The notes beneath the pieces are model-generated. The model did not search any database, was not told the origin of the DNA, and worked only from the letters and a program-made list of their open reading frames with translations. From Nanobdellota archaeon (GTDB lineage: Archaea > Nanobdellota > Nanobdellia > Woesearchaeales > JACPBV01): a stretch of 58,733 nucleotides of DNA. This document shows, in pieces, positions 51,251 to 58,733 of this stretch (the stretch's first letter is position 1; every line of letters starts with the position of its first letter). Position numbers and translations under genes: made by a program. Location of the stretch: positions 1 through 58,733 of the forward strand of contig JAYEIZ010000160.1 in assembly GCA_034660355.1 (NCBI GenBank), in the 5' to 3' direction.

Positions 51251-51889
51251 ATGTCTAAATATAAAATAGAAGATATAAATAATAATATGATTTTTACAGC
51301 TGAAACTAAGACTTTTAAAGACTGTGTTGAGCTTGCAGTTAAGAAAGGAATTAATCTTGAAAGAGCTGACTTTAGATGTGTTAATCTTAAAGGAGCAAAT
51401 CTTAGAGAGGCTAACTTAGAAAGAGCTAATTTATATGGAGCAGAACTTCAAAAAGCTAATCTTATAGGAGTAAACTTTGAAAGAGCTTATCTTGTAAATG
51501 CTGAACTTGAAGGAGCAAATCTCAGAAAAGCAAACCTTGCAAGAAGTAATATTCATAGTACAAATCTTGCAAGAGCAAATCTTAAAAATACTAATCTTGA
51601 AGAAGTATGTCTTTATGAAGCTAATCTTGAAGAAGCTTATTTTGCAATGTCAAATCTTTATAGAGCTGACCTTAGAAGAGCCAATCTTAGAGGAGCTAAT
51701 CTATATGAGGCAAATCTTGAAAGTGTTAATTTTGGGAATGCTGATCTTAGAGGAGTAAATCTTTTTGGAGCAAATCTTAAAGGAGCTAATTTTATAGATG
51801 CTAATCTTAGAGGATCTAAGATTATAAAAGCAAGCCTTGAAGAAGCAACCTATACAGGGGCAGATCTTACAGGAGTTATTTTTAGATGA
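51251..51889 (+). CDS. Pentapeptide-repeat protein 4 (212 aa)
   Basis: Cap 'YKIEDINNNMIFTAETKTFKDCVELAVKKGINL', then about 33 pentapeptide units. ATG 51251 lies 8 nt after GAGGA; the track start is 51233. Confidence 0.9.
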   Translation: MSKYKIEDINNNMIFTAETKTFKDCVELAVKKGINLERADFRCVNLKGANLREANLERANLYGAELQKANLIGVNFERAYLVNAELEGANLRKANLARSNIHSTNLARANLKNTNLEEVCLYEANLEEAYFAMSNLYRADLRRANLRGANLYEANLESVNFGNADLRGVNLFGANLKGANFIDANLRGSKIIKASLEEATYTGADLTGVIFR

Positions 51890-52500
51890 CTAAATATACA
51901 TTAGAAATAAAACCATGTGAATGTTTTGAATCTCCTAGAGAGTGGGATAATCTAGGTACAGTAGTAGCTAGTCATGGTAAATATAGTATGTCTGATGAGG
52001 GAGAAAGCAATCCATATTGGGGTGAAATAGGTAGCATGATACAAGACTTCATTGCATATATTTATAACAGAGACTGTTACGGTGCATATCCGTCTTGTGA
52101 TGAACTAGATAATGAAAATGTAATGGAAAGGTTTGTAGACAATAATTATATCTACCTGCCAATTTACATGTATGAGCATTCAAGTATAGCTCTTAACACG
52201 ACAGGGTTCTCATGTAAATGGGATTCAGGATTACTTGGGTATATTTATGTAAGTAAGAAAAAAATACGTGAATGGTTTAGTATAAAAAACATTACTAAGA
52301 AAATTCGGAAACAAGTTTTAATACAACTTGTTCATGAAATTGAGGCTTATTCAAATTATTGCAATGGTGAACTCTATCGCTACATTGTAAAAGATGAGAC
52401 GGGTGAGGTTATTGATGATTGTGGAGGATTCTTCACAGAAGAAAATGCTGAATCAGAAGGGAAAAGATGTATTCAATATTGCATAGAGCATGCACTTTAA
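51886..52500 (+). CDS. Conserved phage protein (204 aa), unknown function
   Basis: ATGA overlap with the pentapeptide gene. Motifs 'ESPREWDNLGT', 'LPIYMYEHSSIAL', 'KWDSGLLGYIYV' and 'GELYRYIV' recur in many phage/plasmid ORFs as I recall, but I cannot name the family. Confidence 0.5.
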   Translation: MTKYTLEIKPCECFESPREWDNLGTVVASHGKYSMSDEGESNPYWGEIGSMIQDFIAYIYNRDCYGAYPSCDELDNENVMERFVDNNYIYLPIYMYEHSSIALNTTGFSCKWDSGLLGYIYVSKKKIREWFSIKNITKKIRKQVLIQLVHEIEAYSNYCNGELYRYIVKDETGEVIDDCGGFFTEENAESEGKRCIQYCIEHAL

Positions 52501-52523
52501 TTTAATTAAATGGAGTTATTAAA

Positions 52524-52736
52524 ATGACAAAAGTACATGTAACAGTACAAGAAATATATAATTCTGTTAGAGAAGTAGAACTTACAGAAGATATTATATC
52601 AAAAACAGATTTATTTGCAGCTGCTCTTAATACAGAAGATGAAATAGAACTTCATTTTGTAAGAACAAATTACGAAAAAGGTATAGTACATATCCATTAC
52701 CCAGAAGGAAAAGAAAATACAAATAAGATTATATAA
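52524..52736 (+). CDS. Hypothetical protein (70 aa)
   Basis: ORF with RBS GGAG. Confidence 0.45.
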   Translation: MTKVHVTVQEIYNSVREVELTEDIISKTDLFAAALNTEDEIELHFVRTNYEKGIVHIHYPEGKENTNKII

Positions 52737-52749
52737 AGGAATTATTAAA

Positions 52750-53088
52750 ATGACAAAAACGTATAAAATAAAAGATATTAATGGAAAAATTCTTTTTGAA
52801 GCAGAAGCTGAAAGTCTTAAAGAATGTATAGAGTTTGCTGTTTGGGGAAGTGTCAATCTTAATAAGGCAAATCTTGAAAATACTAATCTTACAGGAGCTA
52901 ATCTTATAGGTGCAGAACTTAAAGGAGCGAATCTTAAAAATGCTATTCTTGTAGAAGCTAACCTTAGTTATGCAGATCTACGTGATGCTGACCTTAGATG
53001 TACATATATTAAAGGAACAAACTTTACAGAAGCAAATCTAAGAAATGCTAACTATGAAGGAGCATCTCTTTGGAGAGATAAATCTTAA
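52750..53088 (+). CDS. Pentapeptide-repeat protein 5 (112 aa)
   Basis: Cap 'YKIKDINGKILFEAEAESLKECIEFAVWGSVNL', then about 14 pentapeptide units. Confidence 0.9.
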   Translation: MTKTYKIKDINGKILFEAEAESLKECIEFAVWGSVNLNKANLENTNLTGANLIGAELKGANLKNAILVEANLSYADLRDADLRCTYIKGTNFTEANLRNANYEGASLWRDKS

Positions 53089-53092
53089 ATAA

Positions 53093-54199
53093 ATGAAAGG
53101 ATATTATCTAATGTCATTTGATGCCCTAGAAACTAAACTACTTAAAGCTAAGATTGAACTGATGTCTAAATCAGTATTTATATCTACAATAGCTTTAAGT
53201 ATTAAACATATCATATCTGATAAAGTATCTACTGCAGCTACTAATGGAAATAAAATTTGGTATAATCCAGATTTTATAAAAGATTTATCTATTCCAGAAT
53301 TTGTAGGACTTATAGCTCATGAGTGTTGGCATATAGCTTTTCTACATTTATCTCGTGGAAAAGGTAAAGATCCTGAAAGATATAATGAAGCAGGAGATTA
53401 TGTAATTAATAATATGCTTACTAGTTCCCGTTTTAAAATACCTCCTGGAGGATTAGTAGATAAGAAGTATAAGGATATGACTACTGAGCAAGTATATGAT
53501 ATTCTCATGGCTATGCCTAAAACTCCAGAAAATATGATGAAAGATTTAACTGAAGCACCAGAAGAAAATGTATCAGAACAAAATATTAAAGCTACTATTG
53601 TACGTGCCAATACTCAAGCTACATTAGCAGGGCAGAAACCAGGAGAATTACCTGAAGAAATCTCACGATTAATAGATGAGTTACTTGATCCTAAATTACC
53701 GTGGGAACAGTTACTACACAAATTTATTGATAATACTATAAAGACTGATTTTAATTGGAACAGACGTAATAGAAGATATAAAGAGTATCTTCCTAGCAGA
53801 TGTGATGGAGGATTATCACATCTAACCTTCGCTATTGATACAAGTGGATCTGTAAGTGATAAAGCAGTACAAGAACTGCTCAGTGAAATTCAATACATCC
53901 AAGATACGTTCTGTCCAGAGAGAATGACTATCATAGATTGTGATACTAAAATTAATCATATTCATGAAGTAGACCAAAGCACTAGAATATCTGAGCTAGA
54001 ATTTATAGGCGGAGGAGGTACAAGATTCCACCCAGTTGTTAATTATGTCAATGACCATCCTACACAAGCTCTAATATACTTTACAGACCTATATGGAGAT
54101 AGTGATGTAGGTGAAGTAGGTTATCCTATTTTATGGATCTGTAATTCAGATGCAGATCCTGCAAAAGTAGGTGAAACTATTTATTTAGAAGAGAGTTAA
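53093..54199 (+). CDS. vWA-domain protein with N-terminal HExxH metallopeptidase-like domain (N4 gp25-like)
   Basis: 'IAHECWH' (HExxH), 'FAIDTSGSVS' (MIDAS DxSxS). The alternative start ATG 53111 has better RBS spacing (AAAGGA). Confidence 0.8.
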   Translation: MKGYYLMSFDALETKLLKAKIELMSKSVFISTIALSIKHIISDKVSTAATNGNKIWYNPDFIKDLSIPEFVGLIAHECWHIAFLHLSRGKGKDPERYNEAGDYVINNMLTSSRFKIPPGGLVDKKYKDMTTEQVYDILMAMPKTPENMMKDLTEAPEENVSEQNIKATIVRANTQATLAGQKPGELPEEISRLIDELLDPKLPWEQLLHKFIDNTIKTDFNWNRRNRRYKEYLPSRCDGGLSHLTFAIDTSGSVSDKAVQELLSEIQYIQDTFCPERMTIIDCDTKINHIHEVDQSTRISELEFIGGGGTRFHPVVNYVNDHPTQALIYFTDLYGDSDVGEVGYPILWICNSDADPAKVGETIYLEES

Positions 54200-54202
54200 A
54201 TC

Positions 54203-54862
54203 ATGCAAATAAAAATTGGTAAATATTATGAAGATGAAAACGAAAATATTGGAAAATGTTTATGTACGCAATTATTATATAAAAACTTTTTAGTTGAGTT
54301 TTATGATCCTATTTCAAGTACATATAATGTTGTCGTATATGATACTGAAGGTAATTATAAAGGATCTAATAGTAAATATACCGATCTTATAAAAGAAGTC
54401 TCTTCACCTGTTGAAATAGCTCCATCGACTTATGGTATAGCTGAACATGTTTTAAAAGAATTACATAGCAAACTACCTACGTCTAACTATATAAAAGATA
54501 TGATTGCACAAGAACAAATTTGTAGAAAAACATCTACCGAACATCTTCAACATACTAAGTATAAAGAAACTCTTGCATCTAAAAAAGATAAACCATCAAT
54601 TTATGATGAACATTATTCTAAATTTGAAGAGGATTTCAAAATGGAAAACATGGCTAAATCTTTACAGATAAAACAAAACAAATTGTATAAATTACGTGGT
54701 GGAAGCAAAGCGTTTATTAGTCATCAATGTAAATTATCCAAGTATTGGTATGGTATTGTGGAAAATGATACTGGTATAATGTTGTGGGAAGAAGATGGAA
54801 CTATTAAGCTTAGTTGTTCTAAGAATAATGCTTTCGATATAGTATCAGAATGGGAGGATTAA
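54203..54862 (+). CDS. Hypothetical protein (219 aa) with repeated ~65-aa domain ending in SEWED
   Basis: The C-terminal 'KSLQIKQNKLYKLRGG...DIVSEWED' is paralogous to ORF 55438-55641. Confidence 0.5.
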   Translation: MQIKIGKYYEDENENIGKCLCTQLLYKNFLVEFYDPISSTYNVVVYDTEGNYKGSNSKYTDLIKEVSSPVEIAPSTYGIAEHVLKELHSKLPTSNYIKDMIAQEQICRKTSTEHLQHTKYKETLASKKDKPSIYDEHYSKFEEDFKMENMAKSLQIKQNKLYKLRGGSKAFISHQCKLSKYWYGIVENDTGIMLWEEDGTIKLSCSKNNAFDIVSEWED

Positions 54863-54864
54863 TA

Positions 54865-55047
54865 ATGAGCGATTTCATAGAAAAAGATAGTAAAAAATAT
54901 AAACAAATGGTTAATGACACGTCTAAGGTTGTTTGTCATTGTTGGGGTGATATTCTTGAAGATGCGGTTAAAGTATACGAAGATAAAGTAGAAAAAGACA
55001 TAGAAAGTATTTTGTTGAATTTGTGTTGTAAAAAGGATGATAAATAA
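54865..55047 (+). CDS. Hypothetical protein (60 aa)
   Basis: ATG 54865 follows GGGAGGA; the track start is 54850. Confidence 0.45.
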   Translation: MSDFIEKDSKKYKQMVNDTSKVVCHCWGDILEDAVKVYEDKVEKDIESILLNLCCKKDDK

Positions 55048-55226
55048 TGAGTACAAATAAATTGTATCTAGCTACACAAACGCTTAAACAAACTAAGGTT
55101 GCCTTAATTGGATTGATGAGCGTTGCAAATAAATACGAATTAAATAACTTATTTGAAGAAACACAAGAAACTATAGATTATTTAGATTTCATATTAGACA
55201 TATTGGAAAATAAAGATGAAATATGA
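55047..55226 (+). CDS. Small ORF (59 aa), not in the ORF track
   Basis: TAATG overlap with the previous stop. My translation begins MSTNKLYLATQTLKQTKVALIGLMSVANKYELNNLFEETQETIDYLDFILDILENKDEI. Confidence 0.35.
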   Translation: MSTNKLYLATQTLKQTKVALIGLMSVANKYELNNLFEETQETIDYLDFILDILENKDEI

Positions 55227-55413
55227 AATATTAAGAGCAAGTACTGGAGGTTTAACAAACTCACCAAAACCTTGTAAAAAAGCTTATTTAGAAAACAAAC
55301 AATGGTTTATTGATATAAATACTCTAACTGAGTTAAATGAATTAGTAACAGAAGTTGGAGATATTGTTTATGATCGTGAATCTATAATTATATATGATGA
55401 CTTTCTTGAATAA
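55216..55413 (+). CDS. Hypothetical protein (65 aa)
   Basis: ORF overlapping the previous small ORF by 11 nt. Confidence 0.45.
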   Translation: MKYEILRASTGGLTNSPKPCKKAYLENKQWFIDINTLTELNELVTEVGDIVYDRESIIIYDDFLE

Positions 55414-55437
55414 ACCTGCCCAATAAAAGGAAATAAT

Positions 55438-55641
55438 ATGATAACCACAACTAAATCTTTACAGATAAAACAAGGCAAGCTGTATAAGCTACGTAATGAA
55501 AGAAAGTGCTGTTTAATAGAGGATGCAGATGAAAGTATATATGGTGTTGTTATAGGGTCTATTGAAATTTTAGAGTGGGAATATACTGGGAAAAGTATTG
55601 AATCAAGCAAGCTAGATATACTATCAGAATGGGAGGATTAA
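55438..55641 (+). CDS. Hypothetical protein (67 aa), single SEWED domain
   Basis: 'KSLQIKQGKLYKLRNE...LDILSEWED'. Its stop abuts the DNA polymerase ATG. Confidence 0.5.
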   Translation: MITTTKSLQIKQGKLYKLRNERKCCLIEDADESIYGVVIGSIEILEWEYTGKSIESSKLDILSEWED

Positions 55642-57705
55642 ATGATAACAACAGCAATTCTAATCAAAGAAACTGCTATGGATCAAGATACCATAGATAC
55701 GTATTATATAAACCCTCTAGTAGCTAAAGGAATATCTAAAGATTCTATAGTAGTTTTACCTTTATTATATAATAATAATAATAAAATACCTGCTAATACA
55801 GGTAAAGCTTACTTAGATAAATTATCCCCTAAAATTCCAGATACAGTAACTAAACTAGTTATAGCAGATAGTCCGTATTTTAAATACATTACTGGATGTG
55901 CAAAAATAAAAGATGCTCATGGTATAACTGTTCAAGGTAAACATACAGGGTATGAAAAATATACATGTGCATATGTACCTAATTACAGATCTATATTCAG
56001 ACAACCTGCTAATGAAGATCTAATTGTATTAGGAATTAAAGCTATTACAAATGATGATAATAGTTCAGACCTTGTAATTGATTATGAAGAGTATGGTTTC
56101 AAACATGGATCTGATAGAGAAATATTAGATCAGTTGTTTCAGCACCCAGAATTGACTGTAGACATCGAAACTACAGGTTTGGATATATCTAGTTCAATAA
56201 TATCTATATGCTTCTGTTGGAGTAAATCTGAAGGTGTTGCTTTAGATATATCTATTAATGGAGGAGCTTACCTCAAACAGTTCTTTGAACAGTATACAGG
56301 TAAACTAATCTTCCATAAAGCATTGTTTGATGTAAAGCTTCTTATACGTTGGTTATGGATGTCTTCTGAATCAGATTTCAAAGGTATGAATGAAGGACTT
56401 CAACATTTCCGTAATGTTGATGACACTATGATATTAGCTTACCTAGAGAAGAACTCTACTACTCTAATATCATTGGGACTAAAAGAACTAGCTTTAGAGT
56501 TCATAGGTAAATATGCAATAGATACATCTGATTTATCTAAATATAGTAAAGCAGAGATTCTTAAATATAATCTACTTGATGGACTAGCTACATTCTATTT
56601 ATGGGAAAAATTTGCCCATCAGAGGACTTCTGAAGCATATACTACCATATTTAGACCAAGCATACCAGTACTGCTCAAATGTATGCTTGTAGGGCTTCCT
56701 ATGGATCATTCTAAAGTGCAAGATGCACATAAAATGCTTCAAGCCAAGAATGATGTATTTCTAAAACAATTAGAAGAAAGTACATATATAAAAGAATTTA
56801 CTAAGATTCTACGTACAGAGGAATGTATTAAAGCAAACAAGAAATTAAAGAAAATTAGGAAAACTCCATTAGATTTTAAAGATAAAAACTTTAATCCAAA
56901 TAGTCATGATCAAATAGGGAAACTATTACATGACTATCTAAAGTTACCTATACTGGAGACAACAGATACAGGAGCTCCTTCAACAGGAGGAAAAATACTT
57001 AAAGATCTAATAAACCATACAAAAGATCCAGATATTTTAATAATATTGGAAGCTATAATTGGTATAGCTGAGATAACTAAAATAGATGGCACATTCATTG
57101 AAGCATTAATGAAAGAAAAACATTTCCTTCATGGAAGTTTAAATCTATGTACTACACAAAGTGGTAGACTATCTTCATCAGATCCTAATCTTCAAAACCT
57201 ACCTAGTAAAGGTGTAATGGGTAAACTGATAAAGAGTTGTATTGTAGCTCCTACAGATTTAGATGGTGGATTACATATCAACAGAGAAAAATTATTATGT
57301 ATAATCAACTCCTACAAACAACCTTTGGAAAAATTACTAACTGAATTATATAATTTAGAGGATTCTTGTACAGAAGAAGAATATTATTCCATAATTACTC
57401 GCATAACACAACACCCAGCATGTACACAACAATTATTATATAATCTTAATAACTGCGTGCAGTTTAAAACAGGATCGTGGTTATTCGTAGGAGCTGATTT
57501 TGCAGCTTTAGAAGAAAGAATTGGAGCTATCCTAAGCAATGACCCAAATAGGGTCAAAGTGTACACAGATGGATATGATTCACATTCTTTGAGAGCTCAT
57601 AAATACTTTGCAGATAAAATGCCTGATATAGTACAGGCTATTGGAAAAGCTGAAACAGCTACTGAATTTTGGATAGATGATAACGGTAATTACTGTTGCA
57701 AGTAA
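55642..57705 (+). CDS. Family A DNA polymerase, N-terminal gene (3'-5' exonuclease + thumb + palm motif A)
   Basis: Exo I 'TVDIETTGL', Exo II 'FHKALFDVKLL', Exo III 'YNLLDGLATFYL', 'TQSGRLSSSDPNLQNLP', motif A 'LFVGADFAALEERI'. The ORF stops before motif B. Confidence 0.85.
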   Translation: MITTAILIKETAMDQDTIDTYYINPLVAKGISKDSIVVLPLLYNNNNKIPANTGKAYLDKLSPKIPDTVTKLVIADSPYFKYITGCAKIKDAHGITVQGKHTGYEKYTCAYVPNYRSIFRQPANEDLIVLGIKAITNDDNSSDLVIDYEEYGFKHGSDREILDQLFQHPELTVDIETTGLDISSSIISICFCWSKSEGVALDISINGGAYLKQFFEQYTGKLIFHKALFDVKLLIRWLWMSSESDFKGMNEGLQHFRNVDDTMILAYLEKNSTTLISLGLKELALEFIGKYAIDTSDLSKYSKAEILKYNLLDGLATFYLWEKFAHQRTSEAYTTIFRPSIPVLLKCMLVGLPMDHSKVQDAHKMLQAKNDVFLKQLEESTYIKEFTKILRTEECIKANKKLKKIRKTPLDFKDKNFNPNSHDQIGKLLHDYLKLPILETTDTGAPSTGGKILKDLINHTKDPDILIILEAIIGIAEITKIDGTFIEALMKEKHFLHGSLNLCTTQSGRLSSSDPNLQNLPSKGVMGKLIKSCIVAPTDLDGGLHINREKLLCIINSYKQPLEKLLTELYNLEDSCTEEEYYSIITRITQHPACTQQLLYNLNNCVQFKTGSWLFVGADFAALEERIGAILSNDPNRVKVYTDGYDSHSLRAHKYFADKMPDIVQAIGKAETATEFWIDDNGNYCCK

Positions 57706-57715
57706 AGGATATTTA

Positions 57716-58411
57716 ATGAAACAAATAACTAAAAAAGAATACATTGTAGGTATAATTAATTCTATAGCTAAGAAATATCCTGAACTTCGTACATCTTCAA
57801 AGAGCCCATCGTTTGCAATGCAATATAATGGAACTGCTTTTACTTTACATAAAAAAAGTGGTTTTCCTATGGAACAAGCTAAATCTATATATAAATCTTA
57901 CCATGAGCTGTATAAAGTTACAGGAGAATTTAATAAAGATAATGAAAGATTTATGACTGAGCATGGTTATATAGAATGTGCTTTTGGACTTAGACTACGT
58001 ACACCTATAATAGGTAGATGTGTATTAGGTAACTCTAAGACTCCATATGTAGCTGCTGCTGAGGTCAGGAGTGCAAATAATAGTGTTACACAGTCATGGG
58101 GAATGTTATTAAACCGTGCTGCTATAGCTACTAATAATCGAATAATTGAAGCTGGATTAGAGAATGATATTTTACCAGTTAATCTAATACATGATGCTGA
58201 ATATTTCATAGTTAGAAATGACCCTAAAATTATTAAGTTTCTTAATGATACACTTATAGAAGAAATGGAATGGAATGATTATGATAAAATTAGATCTAAA
58301 GATGTTCCAATGACTGCAGAGCTTGAAATTGGTAAAGACTGGAGTAAACAAATAACACTTAAAAATTATATATCTGAAGAAGAAATAATAAAACAAATAG
58401 CTACATTATAG
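57716..58411 (+). CDS. Family A DNA polymerase, C-terminal gene (fingers motif B + palm motif C)
   Basis: Motif B 'RTSSKSPSFAMQYNG', motif C 'VNLIHDAEYF'. Has its own RBS (AAAGGA 8 nt before ATG 57716); the track start 57677 overlaps the upstream gene. Confidence 0.8.
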   Translation: MKQITKKEYIVGIINSIAKKYPELRTSSKSPSFAMQYNGTAFTLHKKSGFPMEQAKSIYKSYHELYKVTGEFNKDNERFMTEHGYIECAFGLRLRTPIIGRCVLGNSKTPYVAAAEVRSANNSVTQSWGMLLNRAAIATNNRIIEAGLENDILPVNLIHDAEYFIVRNDPKIIKFLNDTLIEEMEWNDYDKIRSKDVPMTAELEIGKDWSKQITLKNYISEEEIIKQIATL

Positions 58412-58423
58412 GATAAACACATA

Positions 58424-58733
58424 ATGACAATAACACTTTCTAAAGATCAGCGAGTAGCTGTTGATGGTATATTAGATACCATTAATGAAAATCCTGATAA
58501 AGCTACAGCTACAGTACTTACAGGCTCCGCTGGTACAGGTAAATCCACGACAATACTTGAATTAATTAAAGCTTTGAGAGCTACTCATAATAATTACTAT
58601 TTAACAGCTATGACACATAAAGCTGCAAAAGTAGTATCAGATATAACATATAGAGAAGTACTTACAGTACATAAATTATTTGCATTAAAACCTACTGTCG
58701 ACAGACGAGGTAAAGAGATAATTAAACAACTTA
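58424..58733 (+). CDS. SF1 (RecD/Dda-like) DNA helicase, 5' fragment running off the window
   Basis: My translation is MTITLSKDQRVAVDGILDTINENPDKATATVLTGSAGTGKSTTILELIKAL...TAMTHKAAKV. It shows Walker A and motif Ia. Not in the track because no stop is reached. Confidence 0.7.
   Translation, partial: MTITLSKDQRVAVDGILDTINENPDKATATVLTGSAGTGKSTTILELIKALRATHNNYYLTAMTHKAAKVVSDITYREVLTVHKLFALKPTVDRRGKEIIKQL

Noticed and set aside
57677-57715. Programmed ribosomal frameshift joining the two DNA polymerase ORFs
   Set aside because: No slippery X XXY YYZ heptamer or downstream structure is seen in the overlap. The second ORF has its own well-spaced RBS and ATG at 57716. A sequencing error cannot be excluded and is listed as a check.
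1-58733. Prophage, lysogeny module or mobile element
   Set aside because: No integrase, recombinase, transposase, att-like flanking repeats or bacterial housekeeping genes were recognised. The gene content is entirely phage-like, and the single XRE regulator is insufficient evidence.

Overview
This window is an AT-rich (about one third G+C by eye) dsDNA phage segment laid out like an N4-like podovirus (Schitoviridae type). No rRNA, tRNA, CRISPR array, integrase or transposase was recognised.

**Layout**
- Minus strand, 39548 down to 1: the late/structural operon. In transcription order it holds a tandem-wHTH protein, a 269-aa ORF, fabZ, large terminase, tail and fibre genes, and a lysis cassette. 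After the plus-strand island come ACP, KAS, portal, scaffold, major capsid, several large virion proteins, and the 5' part of a giant virion RNA polymerase. That polymerase has T7-type motifs A and B, runs off the left edge, and is absent from the ORF track.
- Plus strand, 18936-25878: a nucleotide-metabolism island embedded in the late operon. It holds an ART-like protein, DNA ligase, an XRE regulator, a thymidine kinase fusion, ThyX, class III RNR NrdD and MazG.
- 39549-40675: AT-rich control region with candidate N4-type 3-nt-loop hairpin promoters, two (TA)8 tracts, iteron-like repeats and a repeated C-rich motif.
- Plus strand, 40142 to the right edge: early/middle genes. Short early genes each end in a hairpin terminator. 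Further genes are a single-chain T7-like RNA polymerase, a MoxR-type AAA+ ATPase, a vWA/metallopeptidase protein, a family A DNA polymerase split into two genes, and the start of an SF1 helicase.

**Most unusual content**
1. A partial type II fatty-acid-synthase-like gene set wired into the virion operon: a carrier protein and a Cys-His-His condensing enzyme coupled to the portal gene, and a bona fide FabZ abutting terL.
2. Five separate pentapeptide-repeat (DNA-mimic-type) genes in the early/middle region. Two of them, plus other cargo, lie between the AAA+ and vWA genes.
3. A membrane-anchored three-repeat paralogue of the seven-repeat (propeller-like) tail-fibre domain, encoded among the middle genes.
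4. A tail-protein ORF whose domain only fits if translation starts at a non-canonical ATC/ATT codon, downstream of a leader with mutually exclusive helices.

All functional calls come from motif recognition by eye. No database searches were run.
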